Source: Vicinamibacterales bacterium
GTDB taxonomy: Bacteria > Acidobacteriota > Vicinamibacteria > Vicinamibacterales > 2-12-FULL-66-21
Direction of reading: 5' to 3'
DNA length: 64,000 bases
Assembly: GCA_035495555.1 (NCBI GenBank)
Contig: DATJFQ010000041.1
Span: 91,894-155,893, forward strand
Each line of letters starts with the position of its first letter. Positions within the stretch are counted from its first letter, which is position 1. The position numbers and the translations under genes are program-made. The notes beneath the pieces were generated by a model, which saw nothing but the letters and a program-made list of their open reading frames with translations, searched no databases and was not told where the DNA came from. Below are positions 48,947 to 61,096 of this stretch, piece by piece.

Positions 48947-48947
48947 A

Positions 48948-48977
48948 TTCTGAATTCCGACTTCTGAATTCCGACTT

Positions 48978-48979
<2 letters not shown>
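48948..48979. repeat. Tandem 14-mer TTCTGAATTCCGAC x2 (plus a partial third) filling the ligA-htrA spacer
   Basis: 48948-48961 and 48962-48975 are identical, followed by ttct. Each copy contains an EcoRI-type GAATTC palindrome. Confidence 0.85.
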
Positions 48980-52186
<3,207 letters not shown>

Positions 52187-52208
52187 TGGGTTGCGCGCTC
52201 GTCGCTTA

Positions 52209-52238
52209 ACAGTATCGGAGGGGACCAGACGGTGTCAA
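52209..52238 (-). promoter_or_regulatory. Sigma-70-like promoter candidate in the tatD-ispB spacer
   Basis: Minus strand reads TTGACA (52238-52233), 18-nt spacer, TACTGT (52214-52209). Confidence 0.3.
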
Positions 52239-52242
52239 CGCG

Positions 52243-53040
52243 CTAAGCCGTTCTAGCGGCGTGATTTGGGCCGAACAGCCGAGTAAAGTTTCGTGTGACC
52301 GCCGCCGTCAGCGACGCGGCGTCCGCGCCGCGCGTCCCGGCAAGCACCTCCAGCACCCGCCCGACGAATGCCGGCTCGTTGCGCTTGCCGCGATGCGGCA
52401 CCGGCGCGAGATACGGCGAGTCCGTTTCGATGAGCAGCCGGTCCTCGGGCACGATGCGGGCTGCCTCTCGCAGTTCTGCGGCCTTGGGAAACGTCAGGAT
52501 GCCGGCGAACGAGATGTGGAAGTCGACGTCGAGCGCCCGGCGCGCCATCCCGACGTCTCCGGTAAAACAATGAAAGACACCACGGAGACCGGTCCCGCCT
52601 GCCTCTCGAAGAATGGCGAAGGTGTCGTCGGTGGCCTCGCGCGTGTGGATGATCACGGGCAGGCCGAGTTCGACGGCGAGCGCCACCTGCGCCGCGAACA
52701 CCTCATGCTGCGCATGACGCGGCGCGAAGTCGTAGTGGTAGTCCAGACCGATCTCGCCGACGGCGCAGGTGTTGAACCGGTCCGCGTCCGCCCGAGTGGT
52801 CTTCGCCGCATCGAGCGGACGGCCGGCGAACGTCCCGGCACTGTGGGGATGCACACCCGCCGCGAATCTTACGGCGGGCCATCCGTCACGGACCCGCATC
52901 GCCCGCCCGCTCTCCGCATCGTCGCCGGCGGCGAGAATGCAGAGGGCGTCATCAACGCCGGCCCCCTGCGCACGGACGATGACGGCCGCGAGATCGCCTT
53001 CGAACGCCTCGTCCGCCAGGTGGCAGTGAGAGTCGATCAT
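52243..53040 (-). CDS. tatD: TatD family metal-dependent hydrolase
   Basis: MIDSHCHLADEAF…; GEIGLDYHY; VIIHTREA; LLIETDSPYL. Confidence 0.92.
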   Translation of the reverse strand: MIDSHCHLADEAFEGDLAAVIVRAQGAGVDDALCILAAGDDAESGRAMRVRDGWPAVRFAAGVHPHSAGTFAGRPLDAAKTTRADADRFNTCAVGEIGLDYHYDFAPRHAQHEVFAAQVALAVELGLPVIIHTREATDDTFAILREAGGTGLRGVFHCFTGDVGMARRALDVDFHISFAGILTFPKAAELREAARIVPEDRLLIETDSPYLAPVPHRGKRNEPAFVGRVLEVLAGTRGADAASLTAAVTRNFTRLFGPNHAARTA

Positions 53041-53143
53041 TTACCCCGGGGGCTTCGCCCCGCGGACCCCCTGCACGCGCTCTCGCGCGCCGCTTCGCCG
53101 GCGCGCTCCGATCGCGTGGCTCGCTCGCTGCGCTCGCTCGCAA

Positions 53144-55096
53144 TCATCGAATGCGAGATCCCGGCGGGACGTCGCCGTCGAAGCTGACGAGCGTCGGCTT
53201 GCCCCCTTCGGGGCTCGCCGCGAGGATCATTCCGTTCGATTCGATCCCCATCAGCTTGGCAGGTTTGAGGTTGAACACGATGCCGACCGTCCTGCCGACG
53301 AGCTGCTCCGGTTCGTAGGCCTCGGCGATGCCCGCAACCAGCGTTCGCTGTTCGGTGCCGACGTCGATCGACAGCTTCATCAGCTTGCGAGAATTCGGCA
53401 CCTTCTCCGCCGCAAGCACCTTGGCAACCCGCAGATCGACTTTCATGAAGTCGTCGATCGTGATTCTGTCGGCGGTCGGGGTCGGCGCAGCGGGTGCAGG
53501 GGGCGTCGTCTGGGTCGAGGGTGTCGGAGTGCCGCCCTGCGGCGGGTTCGAATTCGATTCGTTCGCGGACAGGTTCGCTGGTTTTTCGCTCACTGTGTTC
53601 CTCTCGATGCGCGGCCACAGGGCCGGGCCCTTTTGAATGCGTCGCTCGCCTTCGTTCCGCCACGCGGCATCCGACAGCCGCACCGGTTCGGCCGCACCCA
53701 CGCGACGACGAATCTCGCCGGCCGATGTCGGTATGAATGGCTGCAGCAGGATACCGGCTACCCGAACCGCTTCGGCGAGGTCGTACAACACCTGGCTGAG
53801 GCGCGCCGCCTTCGCGTCATCGCGCGCGAGCGCCCACGGCTCCGTTTCGGCGATGTACTCGTTGGCGGCATCGACGATGCTGAACGCAGCGGCCGCGCCG
53901 CGTTCGAGTGCGAACGAGTCCATTCCGAGGCGGTATTCCGTCAGCGCTGCTGCGGCCACGGACGCCAGCCGCCCGGGGCCTTCGGCTGGCAGCAGCACGT
54001 TCCCGCGATATTTCTCCGCCATCGCCGAGATGCGGCTCACGAGATTGCCCAGGTTGTTCGCAAGGTCGACGTTGTACCGCTCCTGAAAGCGCGCCCAGGA
54101 AAAGTCGGGATCACCGCCGTAGGTGACCTCTTTCACGAGGTAAAGGCGCAAGGGATCGACGCCGAGCCGCTGCGCCGCGTCAACGGGATCGACGACGTTG
54201 CCAAGCGACTTGCTCATGCGCTGGCCGTCCACGGTGATGAAGCCATGGCCGAACACCTGCTTGGGCAGCGCAATGCCGGCGCTCATCAGCATTGCCGGCC
54301 AGATCACCGTGTGGAACCGTGTGATGTCCTTCCCGATGATGTGCAGGTTCGCCGGCCACCACGTCTCGAAAAGCGCCGCGTCTGCTCCGAATCCCACGGC
54401 GGACGCGTAGTTGATCAGGGCGTCGAACCAGACGTAGACAACGCTGTTCGGATCCTGAGGGAGCGGGATGCCCCACGCCTGCCCGGCGCGGCTGATCGAA
54501 ATGTCGTCGAGGCCGGCTTCGAGCAGCCGCACGATCTCGTTGCGACGGATCTCCGGCTCCAGGAACTCGGGGTGTTCGCGGAAATGCTCCAGAAGCCGGT
54601 CTCTGTAGGCCGAGAGGCGGAAAAAGTGGTTCTTCTCCTTGATCCACTCGACGGTGCTGTGAAGCGGGCATCTGCCGTCGACGAGATCCTTCTCCTGCTT
54701 GAACGCCTCGCACCCGTTGCAGTACCAGCCTTCGTAAAAGCCCTCGTACACGTCGCCCCGGGCCGTGATGCGGCGCACGAGCTCCCGTACCGCCTCGCGA
54801 TGTCGAGGCTCGGTGGTCCTGATGAAATCGTCGTACGAGATGTCGAGCAGGTCCCAGACGGATCGAAACTCCTGCTCCATCTGGTTGCAGTACGCCTGGG
54901 GATCCATTGCCAGCTCGCGCGCACGGCGATACACGTTCTGCGAGTGCTCGTCGTTGCCCATGACGAAGTGCGTCTCGACGCCCTTCAGCCGCTGATAGCG
55001 CGCAATCGCGTCCGCCGTGATTTTCTCGTAGGCGGTCCCGAGGTGCGGCCGGCTGTTCACGTAGTCGATCGCCGTCGTCAGATAGAAGCGAACCAT
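53144..55096 (-). CDS. metG: Methionine--tRNA ligase with a C-terminal tRNA-binding (Trbp111/EMAP-like) domain
   Basis: Class I motifs: HLGTAYEKI (HIGH-type) and KMSKSLGN (KMSKS). C-terminal DLRVAKVLAAEKVPNSRKLMKLSIDVG. Confidence 0.96.
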   Translation of the reverse strand: MVRFYLTTAIDYVNSRPHLGTAYEKITADAIARYQRLKGVETHFVMGNDEHSQNVYRRARELAMDPQAYCNQMEQEFRSVWDLLDISYDDFIRTTEPRHREAVRELVRRITARGDVYEGFYEGWYCNGCEAFKQEKDLVDGRCPLHSTVEWIKEKNHFFRLSAYRDRLLEHFREHPEFLEPEIRRNEIVRLLEAGLDDISISRAGQAWGIPLPQDPNSVVYVWFDALINYASAVGFGADAALFETWWPANLHIIGKDITRFHTVIWPAMLMSAGIALPKQVFGHGFITVDGQRMSKSLGNVVDPVDAAQRLGVDPLRLYLVKEVTYGGDPDFSWARFQERYNVDLANNLGNLVSRISAMAEKYRGNVLLPAEGPGRLASVAAAALTEYRLGMDSFALERGAAAAFSIVDAANEYIAETEPWALARDDAKAARLSQVLYDLAEAVRVAGILLQPFIPTSAGEIRRRVGAAEPVRLSDAAWRNEGERRIQKGPALWPRIERNTVSEKPANLSANESNSNPPQGGTPTPSTQTTPPAPAAPTPTADRITIDDFMKVDLRVAKVLAAEKVPNSRKLMKLSIDVGTEQRTLVAGIAEAYEPEQLVGRTVGIVFNLKPAKLMGIESNGMILAASPEGGKPTLVSFDGDVPPGSRIR

Positions 55097-55104
55097 GCTG
55101 AACG

Positions 55105-55216
55105 ATTCTAACTACACAACTACGCAACTCCCAATTCCACCAGGCCCGCGGTTGGCAATTGTCGCTCGAGTAGTTGGTGGGCTTGTGCAGTTGGTACTTG
55201 CGGCGTTGCGTAGTTA
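55105..55216. repeat. Second AACTACACAACT-type low-GC imperfect palindromic element
   Basis: taactacacaactacgcaactcccaattcc at the left shares an about 27-nt core with 30680-30706. The right end gttgcgtagtt is the reverse complement of aactacgcaac. Lies in the larC-metG spacer. Confidence 0.7.
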
Positions 55217-56410
55217 TTCGCGCCGCGCAGCGAAGCCGGCGGCGATGGCTGCTGCCTGCACATCTTTCAAAGAGACGGCGTTTCTGTCCGCGGCGGCGAC
55301 ACAATCGTCGAATTCGGGCGCTGCATTCAGCACGCGCCCGTCGCGGCGGGCGACCTTCACGCGGATGGCGCCATACGGCGTCTCGACGGTTTCGACCGTC
55401 CGTTCGAGGCACGTGCGCGCCATCTCCTCGTAGCGGACGCCGATGCTCGTCGAATCGCGGAAGAGAATGTCGGTCAGCGTCTCCCGCCGCTCCGGAGCGG
55501 CGATCACGGTGATCAGCGTGCCGGGACGGTTTTTCTTCATCTGCGCGGGCGTGTAGAAGACATCGTGCGCGCCGGCGGCGAGCAGCGCGTTCATCAGCGG
55601 ACCGAACAACTGCGGGTTCATGTCGTCGATCTCGCATTCGAGCTTCACGATCCGCTCACCGGGCGACGCCTCCGCGCGGCCGCCCTTGAATACCCGCAGC
55701 ACGTTGGGAGTGCCCTTCGGGTCGCGATCGCCGGCGCCATAGCCAATCCGTTCGATCGCCATCGCCGGCAACGCCCCCCACTCCCGGGCGTACCCGGTGA
55801 GCAGCAGGGCGCCGGTCGGCGTCACCATCTCCGTGTTGCCGCGGCCGTAGATCGGGACACCGGAGAGCAGGCGCGCGGTCGCAGGGGCGGGGACCGGGAA
55901 GGTCCCATGTGCGCACTCGACGGTGCCGCCGCCAACGTTCAGAGCCGAGACGACGACATCAGCGGTGCCGAACCAGTCGAACGCGTAGACCGCGCCCACG
56001 ATGTCGATGATCGAATCGAGCGCGCCCACCTCATGGAGGTGCACCTTTTCGATCGGCGTGCCGTGAATCGCCGCCTCCGCCTCCGCAAGCCGCTCGAAGA
56101 GATGGACGGCGCGATCGCGATTCTCCGGCGAGAGGGCGGATCGGCGGATCGCGGCGACGATGGCCTTCAAGTGGTAGTGGGCGTGCGCGGGCCGCGTCGT
56201 GTCGGTGGACACGTCGGCGGCCTTCTCGGAGACGCGGAACCTGGTTGCTGTCACCCCCGCGCGTTTCACGGTTTCGGCTGCGACATCGCCGTATTCGATC
56301 GCGAGGCTGCCGAGCGCCGACTTCAGGCCGTCGAGCGGCAGACCGAGATCGAGGAAGGCGCCGAGAATCATGTCGCCGGAGGCGCCCGAGAAACAATCGA
56401 AATAGAGCAT
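55214..56410 (-). CDS. larC: Nickel-pincer cofactor biosynthesis protein LarC (DUF111)
   Basis: MLYFDCFSGASGDMILGAFLDLGLP… is the family-typical N-terminus. 398 aa. Confidence 0.88.
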   Translation of the reverse strand: MLYFDCFSGASGDMILGAFLDLGLPLDGLKSALGSLAIEYGDVAAETVKRAGVTATRFRVSEKAADVSTDTTRPAHAHYHLKAIVAAIRRSALSPENRDRAVHLFERLAEAEAAIHGTPIEKVHLHEVGALDSIIDIVGAVYAFDWFGTADVVVSALNVGGGTVECAHGTFPVPAPATARLLSGVPIYGRGNTEMVTPTGALLLTGYAREWGALPAMAIERIGYGAGDRDPKGTPNVLRVFKGGRAEASPGERIVKLECEIDDMNPQLFGPLMNALLAAGAHDVFYTPAQMKKNRPGTLITVIAAPERRETLTDILFRDSTSIGVRYEEMARTCLERTVETVETPYGAIRVKVARRDGRVLNAAPEFDDCVAAADRNAVSLKDVQAAAIAAGFAARRE

Positions 56411-57078
56411 CAGAAGTCTTTCTGTTCGCGCATGCTGTGATAGCGGCTCTCGGCGACGATCACGTGATCGAGCACCTGAATGCCCATCAGGTCTCCCGCC
56501 CGCACGAGCCGCTGCGTCAGCACCACGTCGTCCGTGCTCGGTGTGGGATCGCCGGAGGGATGATTGTGGAAGAGCACAATCGCCGCCGCTCCAACCGTCG
56601 CGGCCGCGCGGAATACCTCGCGCGGGTGGACGACGCTGGTGTCCACCGAGCCGACAGAGACCACCGACGTCCGCATCACGCGATGCTTGGTATCGAGCAA
56701 CAACACGCCAAAGTGCTCGACCGGCTGGCTGCCGAACTGCGGGATGAGGAGCTCGGCGGCGTTGCGCGGGTGCAGAATCTGCGGCCGCTCACGCCGGCTG
56801 CGAACGAGCGTTCTCCGGCCGGCTTCCACCGCGGCAAGCAGCTGCGCCGCACGTGCGTCGCCGATGCCGGGGATGCGCCGGAGTTCGTCCATGGACGCGC
56901 GCGCGAGGCCGTGCAGTCCTCCCACCACCGCGAGCACGGCGTTCGCGAGTTCGAGCGCGCCGCTCCTGGCCGGGCCCTGCCCGAGCACGAGCGCGAGCAG
57001 TTCATTGTCGCCGAGGCCTCCCGCACCGACGCGCTGCAGCTTCTCGCGCGGCCGATCGTGCGGCTCGATGCTCTTCAT
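56410..57078 (-). CDS. radC: RadC-like JAB/MPN domain protein
   Basis: MKSIEPHDRPREKLQRVGAGGLGDNELLALVLGQG, and the JAB motif HNHPSGDPTPSTDD. 1-nt overlap (TGATG) with larC. Confidence 0.9.
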   Translation of the reverse strand: MKSIEPHDRPREKLQRVGAGGLGDNELLALVLGQGPARSGALELANAVLAVVGGLHGLARASMDELRRIPGIGDARAAQLLAAVEAGRRTLVRSRRERPQILHPRNAAELLIPQFGSQPVEHFGVLLLDTKHRVMRTSVVSVGSVDTSVVHPREVFRAAATVGAAAIVLFHNHPSGDPTPSTDDVVLTQRLVRAGDLMGIQVLDHVIVAESRYHSMREQKDF

Positions 57079-57107
57079 GCTACATCAATCGTTGCTATAC
57101 TTTTCGC

Positions 57108-57683
57108 GTGCGTCGGTTGATCGCTCTCTGTGTCGCGCTCGTGTGCCTGACCGCATGTTCCGAGCCGCCGCAGAAGGAACTCGATCAGGCGCAGGGCGCG
57201 GTCGACACGGCGCGCGCAGCCGGCGCCGACCAGTACGCGCCCGACGACTACGGTGCCGCGACTGCCTCGTTGCAGAAAGCGCACGAAGCCGTCGATCAGC
57301 GCGACTACCGCCAGGCGCTGAGTTACGCGCTCGATGCCCGCGAGCGCGCGAAGGCGGCCGCAAGCGCCGCTGCCGATGGACAAGCCAAGGCCCGCAGCGA
57401 TGCCGAAGCGCGCATCACGGCTCTCCTCGCGCGCACCCAGCAGCTCGACACGCGTCTCAGCGCCGCGGAAGCCGCGCACGTCCCCGCGCGGGAACTCCAC
57501 GGCGCACATGCCACGCTCGACGACACGCGCGCGCGTCTGCAAAAAGCAGGCACAGCCGTCACCGCGAAAAACTACAAGGAAGCGGTCACCGCGCTGGACG
57601 GAGTACGCGAAAATCTCGACAAAGCCATCGCGGCGGTTGATGCAGTGATGCAGCACCCGCCGAAGCCGAAACGGCGACGTTAG
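57108..57683 (+). CDS. DUF4398-like helical lipoprotein
   Basis: GTG 57108. Lipobox LVCLTAC. Ala-rich helical repeats with …AGADQYAPDDYGAATASLQKAHEAVDQRDYRQAL…. Confidence 0.7.
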   Translation: MRRLIALCVALVCLTACSEPPQKELDQAQGAVDTARAAGADQYAPDDYGAATASLQKAHEAVDQRDYRQALSYALDARERAKAAASAAADGQAKARSDAEARITALLARTQQLDTRLSAAEAAHVPARELHGAHATLDDTRARLQKAGTAVTAKNYKEAVTALDGVRENLDKAIAAVDAVMQHPPKPKRRR

Positions 57684-57733
57684 TCGGCTTCGCGCGGGGT
57701 GCTTGGGGCTGGGTACCTCGGATGGGTGCTGGG

Positions 57734-58522
57734 TCAGTACGGCCAGCTGCAATCGAACAACACTTCAGCCGAGCCGGTGAGGTAAAGCCCATCGTCTCGC
57801 CACTCGACGCGCTGGGTGCCGCCGGGGGAGACGACCTGCACATCGCGTACGGCGCCCCCGTACGCGATCGCGGCCACGGCCGCCGCGCATGCGCCGGTGC
57901 CGGACGCCTCGGTCGGACCCACGCCGCGTTCCCAGATGAGAATCCGCACCCGGTCCGCCGCTTCAACGGCGGCCAACTCCACGTTCGTGCCTGCCGGAAA
58001 GGACGGGTGCACCGCCAGCCGCCCGGCGACGTTGTGGAGCCGCTCGTTCGAGAGATCGCCGAGCACCACGCACTGCGGGTTGCCCACGCGCATCGTTATG
58101 GCCTCGACGCGTTCGCTCTCCAGCGCAATCACACGTCGCGCGACATCTTCCGGCTGGCCCATTGCGGCGCGAAACGTGAGGCGTCTCCCGTGGACGTCGA
58201 GCAACTCCAGCACCTTCGCGCCCGCGTCCGTTTCGATGATGACGATGGCGCCGACCGGCAGCTCGCGTTCGCCTGCGACGAGCGCCGCCAGGCAGCGGAC
58301 GCCGTTGCCGGACACCTCCGAGTAGCTGCCGTCGGCGTTCAGCAGATCCATCACGGCGCCCGACTCCGTCGGCCGGTGGACGATGACGCCGTCGGCGCCA
58401 ATGCCTCGATGGCGTTCGCACAGGTCACGCGTGAGCGCCGCGCGGTCCACGTCCCGCGGCAGGTCGCCCGCGTTGACGAGCAGGAAATCGTTTCCGTAGG
58501 CGTGCGCCTTGACGATCCTCAT
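57734..58522 (-). CDS. dapF: Diaminopimelate epimerase
   Basis: Internal start MRIVKAHAYGNDFLLV (ATG 58522). Catalytic Cys motifs SGNGVRC and SGTGACAAA. Confidence 0.92.
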   Translation of the reverse strand: MRIVKAHAYGNDFLLVNAGDLPRDVDRAALTRDLCERHRGIGADGVIVHRPTESGAVMDLLNADGSYSEVSGNGVRCLAALVAGERELPVGAIVIIETDAGAKVLELLDVHGRRLTFRAAMGQPEDVARRVIALESERVEAITMRVGNPQCVVLGDLSNERLHNVAGRLAVHPSFPAGTNVELAAVEAADRVRILIWERGVGPTEASGTGACAAAVAAIAYGGAVRDVQVVSPGGTQRVEWRDDGLYLTGSAEVLFDCSWPY

Positions 58523-59277
58523 CTGCGGCAGAACGCCAGAAGATGCCACCCGAAGCGGCGGACCCAGGGTCGCGGCAGCGCGTTGAACGTTCCGACGAAG
58601 CACGTGTTGAACAGGGTCCCCTTCCAGCCGCCGTGCAGGCGTGATTTCACCGGGAACCGCTCTTCGACGATCCGCACGTCGCTGAAACCCTCGAGCAGCG
58701 CCCGGAATTCCGAAAGGCTGTACTTCTTCAGCACCGGTGCGTCTTCGTGCTCGAGCCCCACCTTCATCAGCTTCGACAGCGCGTTGAGCCACGAGATGCG
58801 GTTGTAGACCTGAAACACGGCCGTCCCGCCGGGCTTCAACACCCGCCGGCACTGCGCGACCAGCGCCCTGTCGTCTGTCGTGTATTGCACGACCCCGTGC
58901 GCGTAGACGAGATCGAATGTCTCGTCTGCAAACGGCAGGCGCTCCCCGTCGGCTTCGCGAAGGTCCGCGGCGAGCCCCTGCTGCGCGAAATTTGCCTTTG
59001 CGAGCGCGATGGCAGACGAGGAGAGATCGACCCCGCTGACGATCGCCCCGCCGCGCGCGAAGCGCATCAGATCCGTCCCCGCCCCGCAGCCCACGTCGAG
59101 GACCCGTCGTCCGCGATAGGCGTCGAAGTCAATCAGCCTCGGAAGATGGTGCAGTTTCTCGAAGTGATACTGGTCCAGGTCCTGAAAGAACCGGGGCGTC
59201 CCGGGATCGGCGGTCGAGACGTCCAGATCGTGAATATGGGCGTCCCAGTAGCGGCGCACCGCGGCGTTGTCACTCAC
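58519..59277 (-). CDS. Class I SAM-dependent methyltransferase
   Basis: GTG 59277. SAM-binding motif VLDVGCGAGTD. ATGA overlap with dapF. Confidence 0.85.
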   Translation of the reverse strand: MSDNAAVRRYWDAHIHDLDVSTADPGTPRFFQDLDQYHFEKLHHLPRLIDFDAYRGRRVLDVGCGAGTDLMRFARGGAIVSGVDLSSSAIALAKANFAQQGLAADLREADGERLPFADETFDLVYAHGVVQYTTDDRALVAQCRRVLKPGGTAVFQVYNRISWLNALSKLMKVGLEHEDAPVLKKYSLSEFRALLEGFSDVRIVEERFPVKSRLHGGWKGTLFNTCFVGTFNALPRPWVRRFGWHLLAFCRR

Positions 59278-59425
59278 GCAAAGATCTTAAGCAAAGATCT
59301 TAAGCAAAGATCCAAAGATCAAGAGCCAAAGACGTGATCTTTGCATCTTTGCGATCTTTGCCATCTTTGCCATCTTTGCCAGCTTTGCATCTTTGCGATC
59401 TTTGCGCGATGCTTGTGATCTTTGC
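59278..59425. repeat. Converging arrays of the octamer GCAAAGAT / ATCTTTGC filling a whole divergent intergenic region
   Basis: Top strand, 59278-59333: three perfect GCAAAGAT (two within 13-mers GCAAAGATCTTAA) plus two CCAAAGA(T/C) variants. 59337-59425: eight perfect ATCTTTGC at 8-9-nt spacing plus variants AGCTTTGC and ATGCTTG. Confidence 0.9.
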
Positions 59426-61045
59426 ATGCGGTTTCGCGACGTCGCGGCGCTCTCCGACCGCGAGCACGACATCCTCGTCGTCGGCGGCGGCATTTACGGC
59501 CTCGCGATCGCGCACGACGCGGCGAGCCGCGGCTTGAGCGTCGCGCTCGTCGAGCGCGGGGACTTCGCGTCCGCCGCATCCTTCAACCATCAGAAGACCG
59601 CGCACGGCGGCCTGCGCACGCTGCAGACGGGCCGCCTCGACAAGTCGCGCGAATCGATTCGTGAGCGGCGCGCGCTGGCGCGGATGGCGCCACGCCTGCT
59701 CCGTCCGCTGCCGTTCATCGTCGGCACGTACCGATCGGCGACGAAGAATCGCCTGGCGCTTCGCGCCGCGTTCAGAATCGACGCGTGGCTCGGCCGCGAT
59801 CGCAACGAGGGCGTCGAGCCGGAACTCCATCTGCCGCCCGCGCGGCTCGTGTCGAAAGCGGCGACGCTGAAGCTGTTCCCCGGCGTCCGGCAGGACGGCC
59901 TGACCGGGGGCGCGATGTGGTACGACTACCAGATCGTCGAGACCGACCGGCTTGCGATTGCCGTTGCGGCCGCGGCGGACGCACACGGCGCGCGTCTGGC
60001 CAACTACGTTGAAGCCGTCGAACCGATCCGCGCTGCGGGCGCGATCCGCGGGATGCGCGTGCGCGACGTCCTCACCGGCGACACACACGACGTGGCGGCG
60101 CGGCTGACGATCAACGCCGCTGGCGCACACGCGGGTGCGATGATGCGGCAGCTCGGCGTGTCGCACGAACTGCTGCTGGTCCAGGCGATGAACCTCGTCA
60201 CGTCGCTGCCGGCCAGCGACATCGCGATGGCCGCCGCGGGCCGCGACGGCCGCATGCTGACGCTCACACCGTGGCACGGGCGCGCCCTGGTCGGCACAGC
60301 CCAATCGCCCACGTTCCGGCAGCCGGGCGACTGCCCGCCAACCGCCGACGAGGTCGATGCGTTCATTCGCGACGTCAACGAGGTCTTTCCAAAGCTCGGT
60401 TTACAGCGAGAGCACGTCACGCTCGTCCATTGCGGTGTCGTTCCGGCGCAGCGCGGGCCGGGAGGGCGGCCGGATCTTCTGGCCGCACCATTGATCCTCG
60501 ACCATGCGACGAGCGGCGCGCCCGGCTCGATGACCGTCGTCGGCGTGAAGTACACGACGGCACGGGGCGTGGCCGCCAAAGCGGTCAGCGCCGCGGCGCG
60601 ACGGCTTGGTCGTTCGATTCCTCCGTCGCGCACCGGCGACGCCCCGCTGCCGGGCGCCGGCATCGCCGATCACGAAGCGCTGGCGATTGAAACCGCGCGG
60701 GCCGTCGGCCTCGAGCTCGCGCCGCCGATGCTCCGCCACCTGACCGCCATCTACGGCGATCGCTGCGCGGCTATCATCCGGCTTATGGCCGAGCGCACCG
60801 AGTGGCGAATGCCCCTCGTGCCGGGACACCTCACGGTGGGCGCCGAGGCGATTTACGCGATCAGGGAGGAGATGGCCTGCACGGTCGCTGACATCGTCAT
60901 CCGACGCACAGAGCTCGGCGCCGAAGGAAAGCCGCCGGACGCCATTACCACACGGCTTGCTGGTGTCGCGGCGGAGGAACTGAAATGGGACGCGATGCGG
61001 GTAGAACGCGAAATACAGAACGTAAACGCGTTCTACGCCGTGTAG
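59426..61045 (+). CDS. glpD: FAD-dependent glycerol-3-phosphate dehydrogenase/oxidase
   Basis: Internal start MRFRDVAALSDREHDILVVGGGIYGLAIAHDAASRG (ATG 59426). SFNHQKTAHGGLR. Confidence 0.85.
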   Translation: MRFRDVAALSDREHDILVVGGGIYGLAIAHDAASRGLSVALVERGDFASAASFNHQKTAHGGLRTLQTGRLDKSRESIRERRALARMAPRLLRPLPFIVGTYRSATKNRLALRAAFRIDAWLGRDRNEGVEPELHLPPARLVSKAATLKLFPGVRQDGLTGGAMWYDYQIVETDRLAIAVAAAADAHGARLANYVEAVEPIRAAGAIRGMRVRDVLTGDTHDVAARLTINAAGAHAGAMMRQLGVSHELLLVQAMNLVTSLPASDIAMAAAGRDGRMLTLTPWHGRALVGTAQSPTFRQPGDCPPTADEVDAFIRDVNEVFPKLGLQREHVTLVHCGVVPAQRGPGGRPDLLAAPLILDHATSGAPGSMTVVGVKYTTARGVAAKAVSAAARRLGRSIPPSRTGDAPLPGAGIADHEALAIETARAVGLELAPPMLRHLTAIYGDRCAAIIRLMAERTEWRMPLVPGHLTVGAEAIYAIREEMACTVADIVIRRTELGAEGKPPDAITTRLAGVAAEELKWDAMRVEREIQNVNAFYAV

Positions 61046-61071
61046 CCCGCTCACGTGCATCGGGCGGATCA

Positions 61072-61091
61072 GGCGCCCCGTGAAGGGCGCC
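61072..61091. terminator. GC-rich hairpin between convergent genes
   Basis: GGCGCCC-cgtgaa-GGGCGCC. Confidence 0.35.
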
Positions 61092-61096
61092 CGGCC

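Noticed and set aside
55214-57078. The larC-radC pair (1-nt overlap) as part of a Lar nickel-pincer cluster or a Ubl/JAB system with the GG-terminated protein at 35 kb
   Set aside because: No larB, larE or larA genes are nearby. RadC is 21 kb from the Ubl gene and in a different transcription unit. The sequence gives no support for a functional link.
59278-59425. Octamer arrays as a replication origin (DnaA-box cluster) or CRISPR-like array
   Set aside because: The motif does not resemble the DnaA box TTATCCACA. No dnaA, dnaN or AT-rich unwinding element is nearby. The repeats are only 8-13 nt with no spacers.
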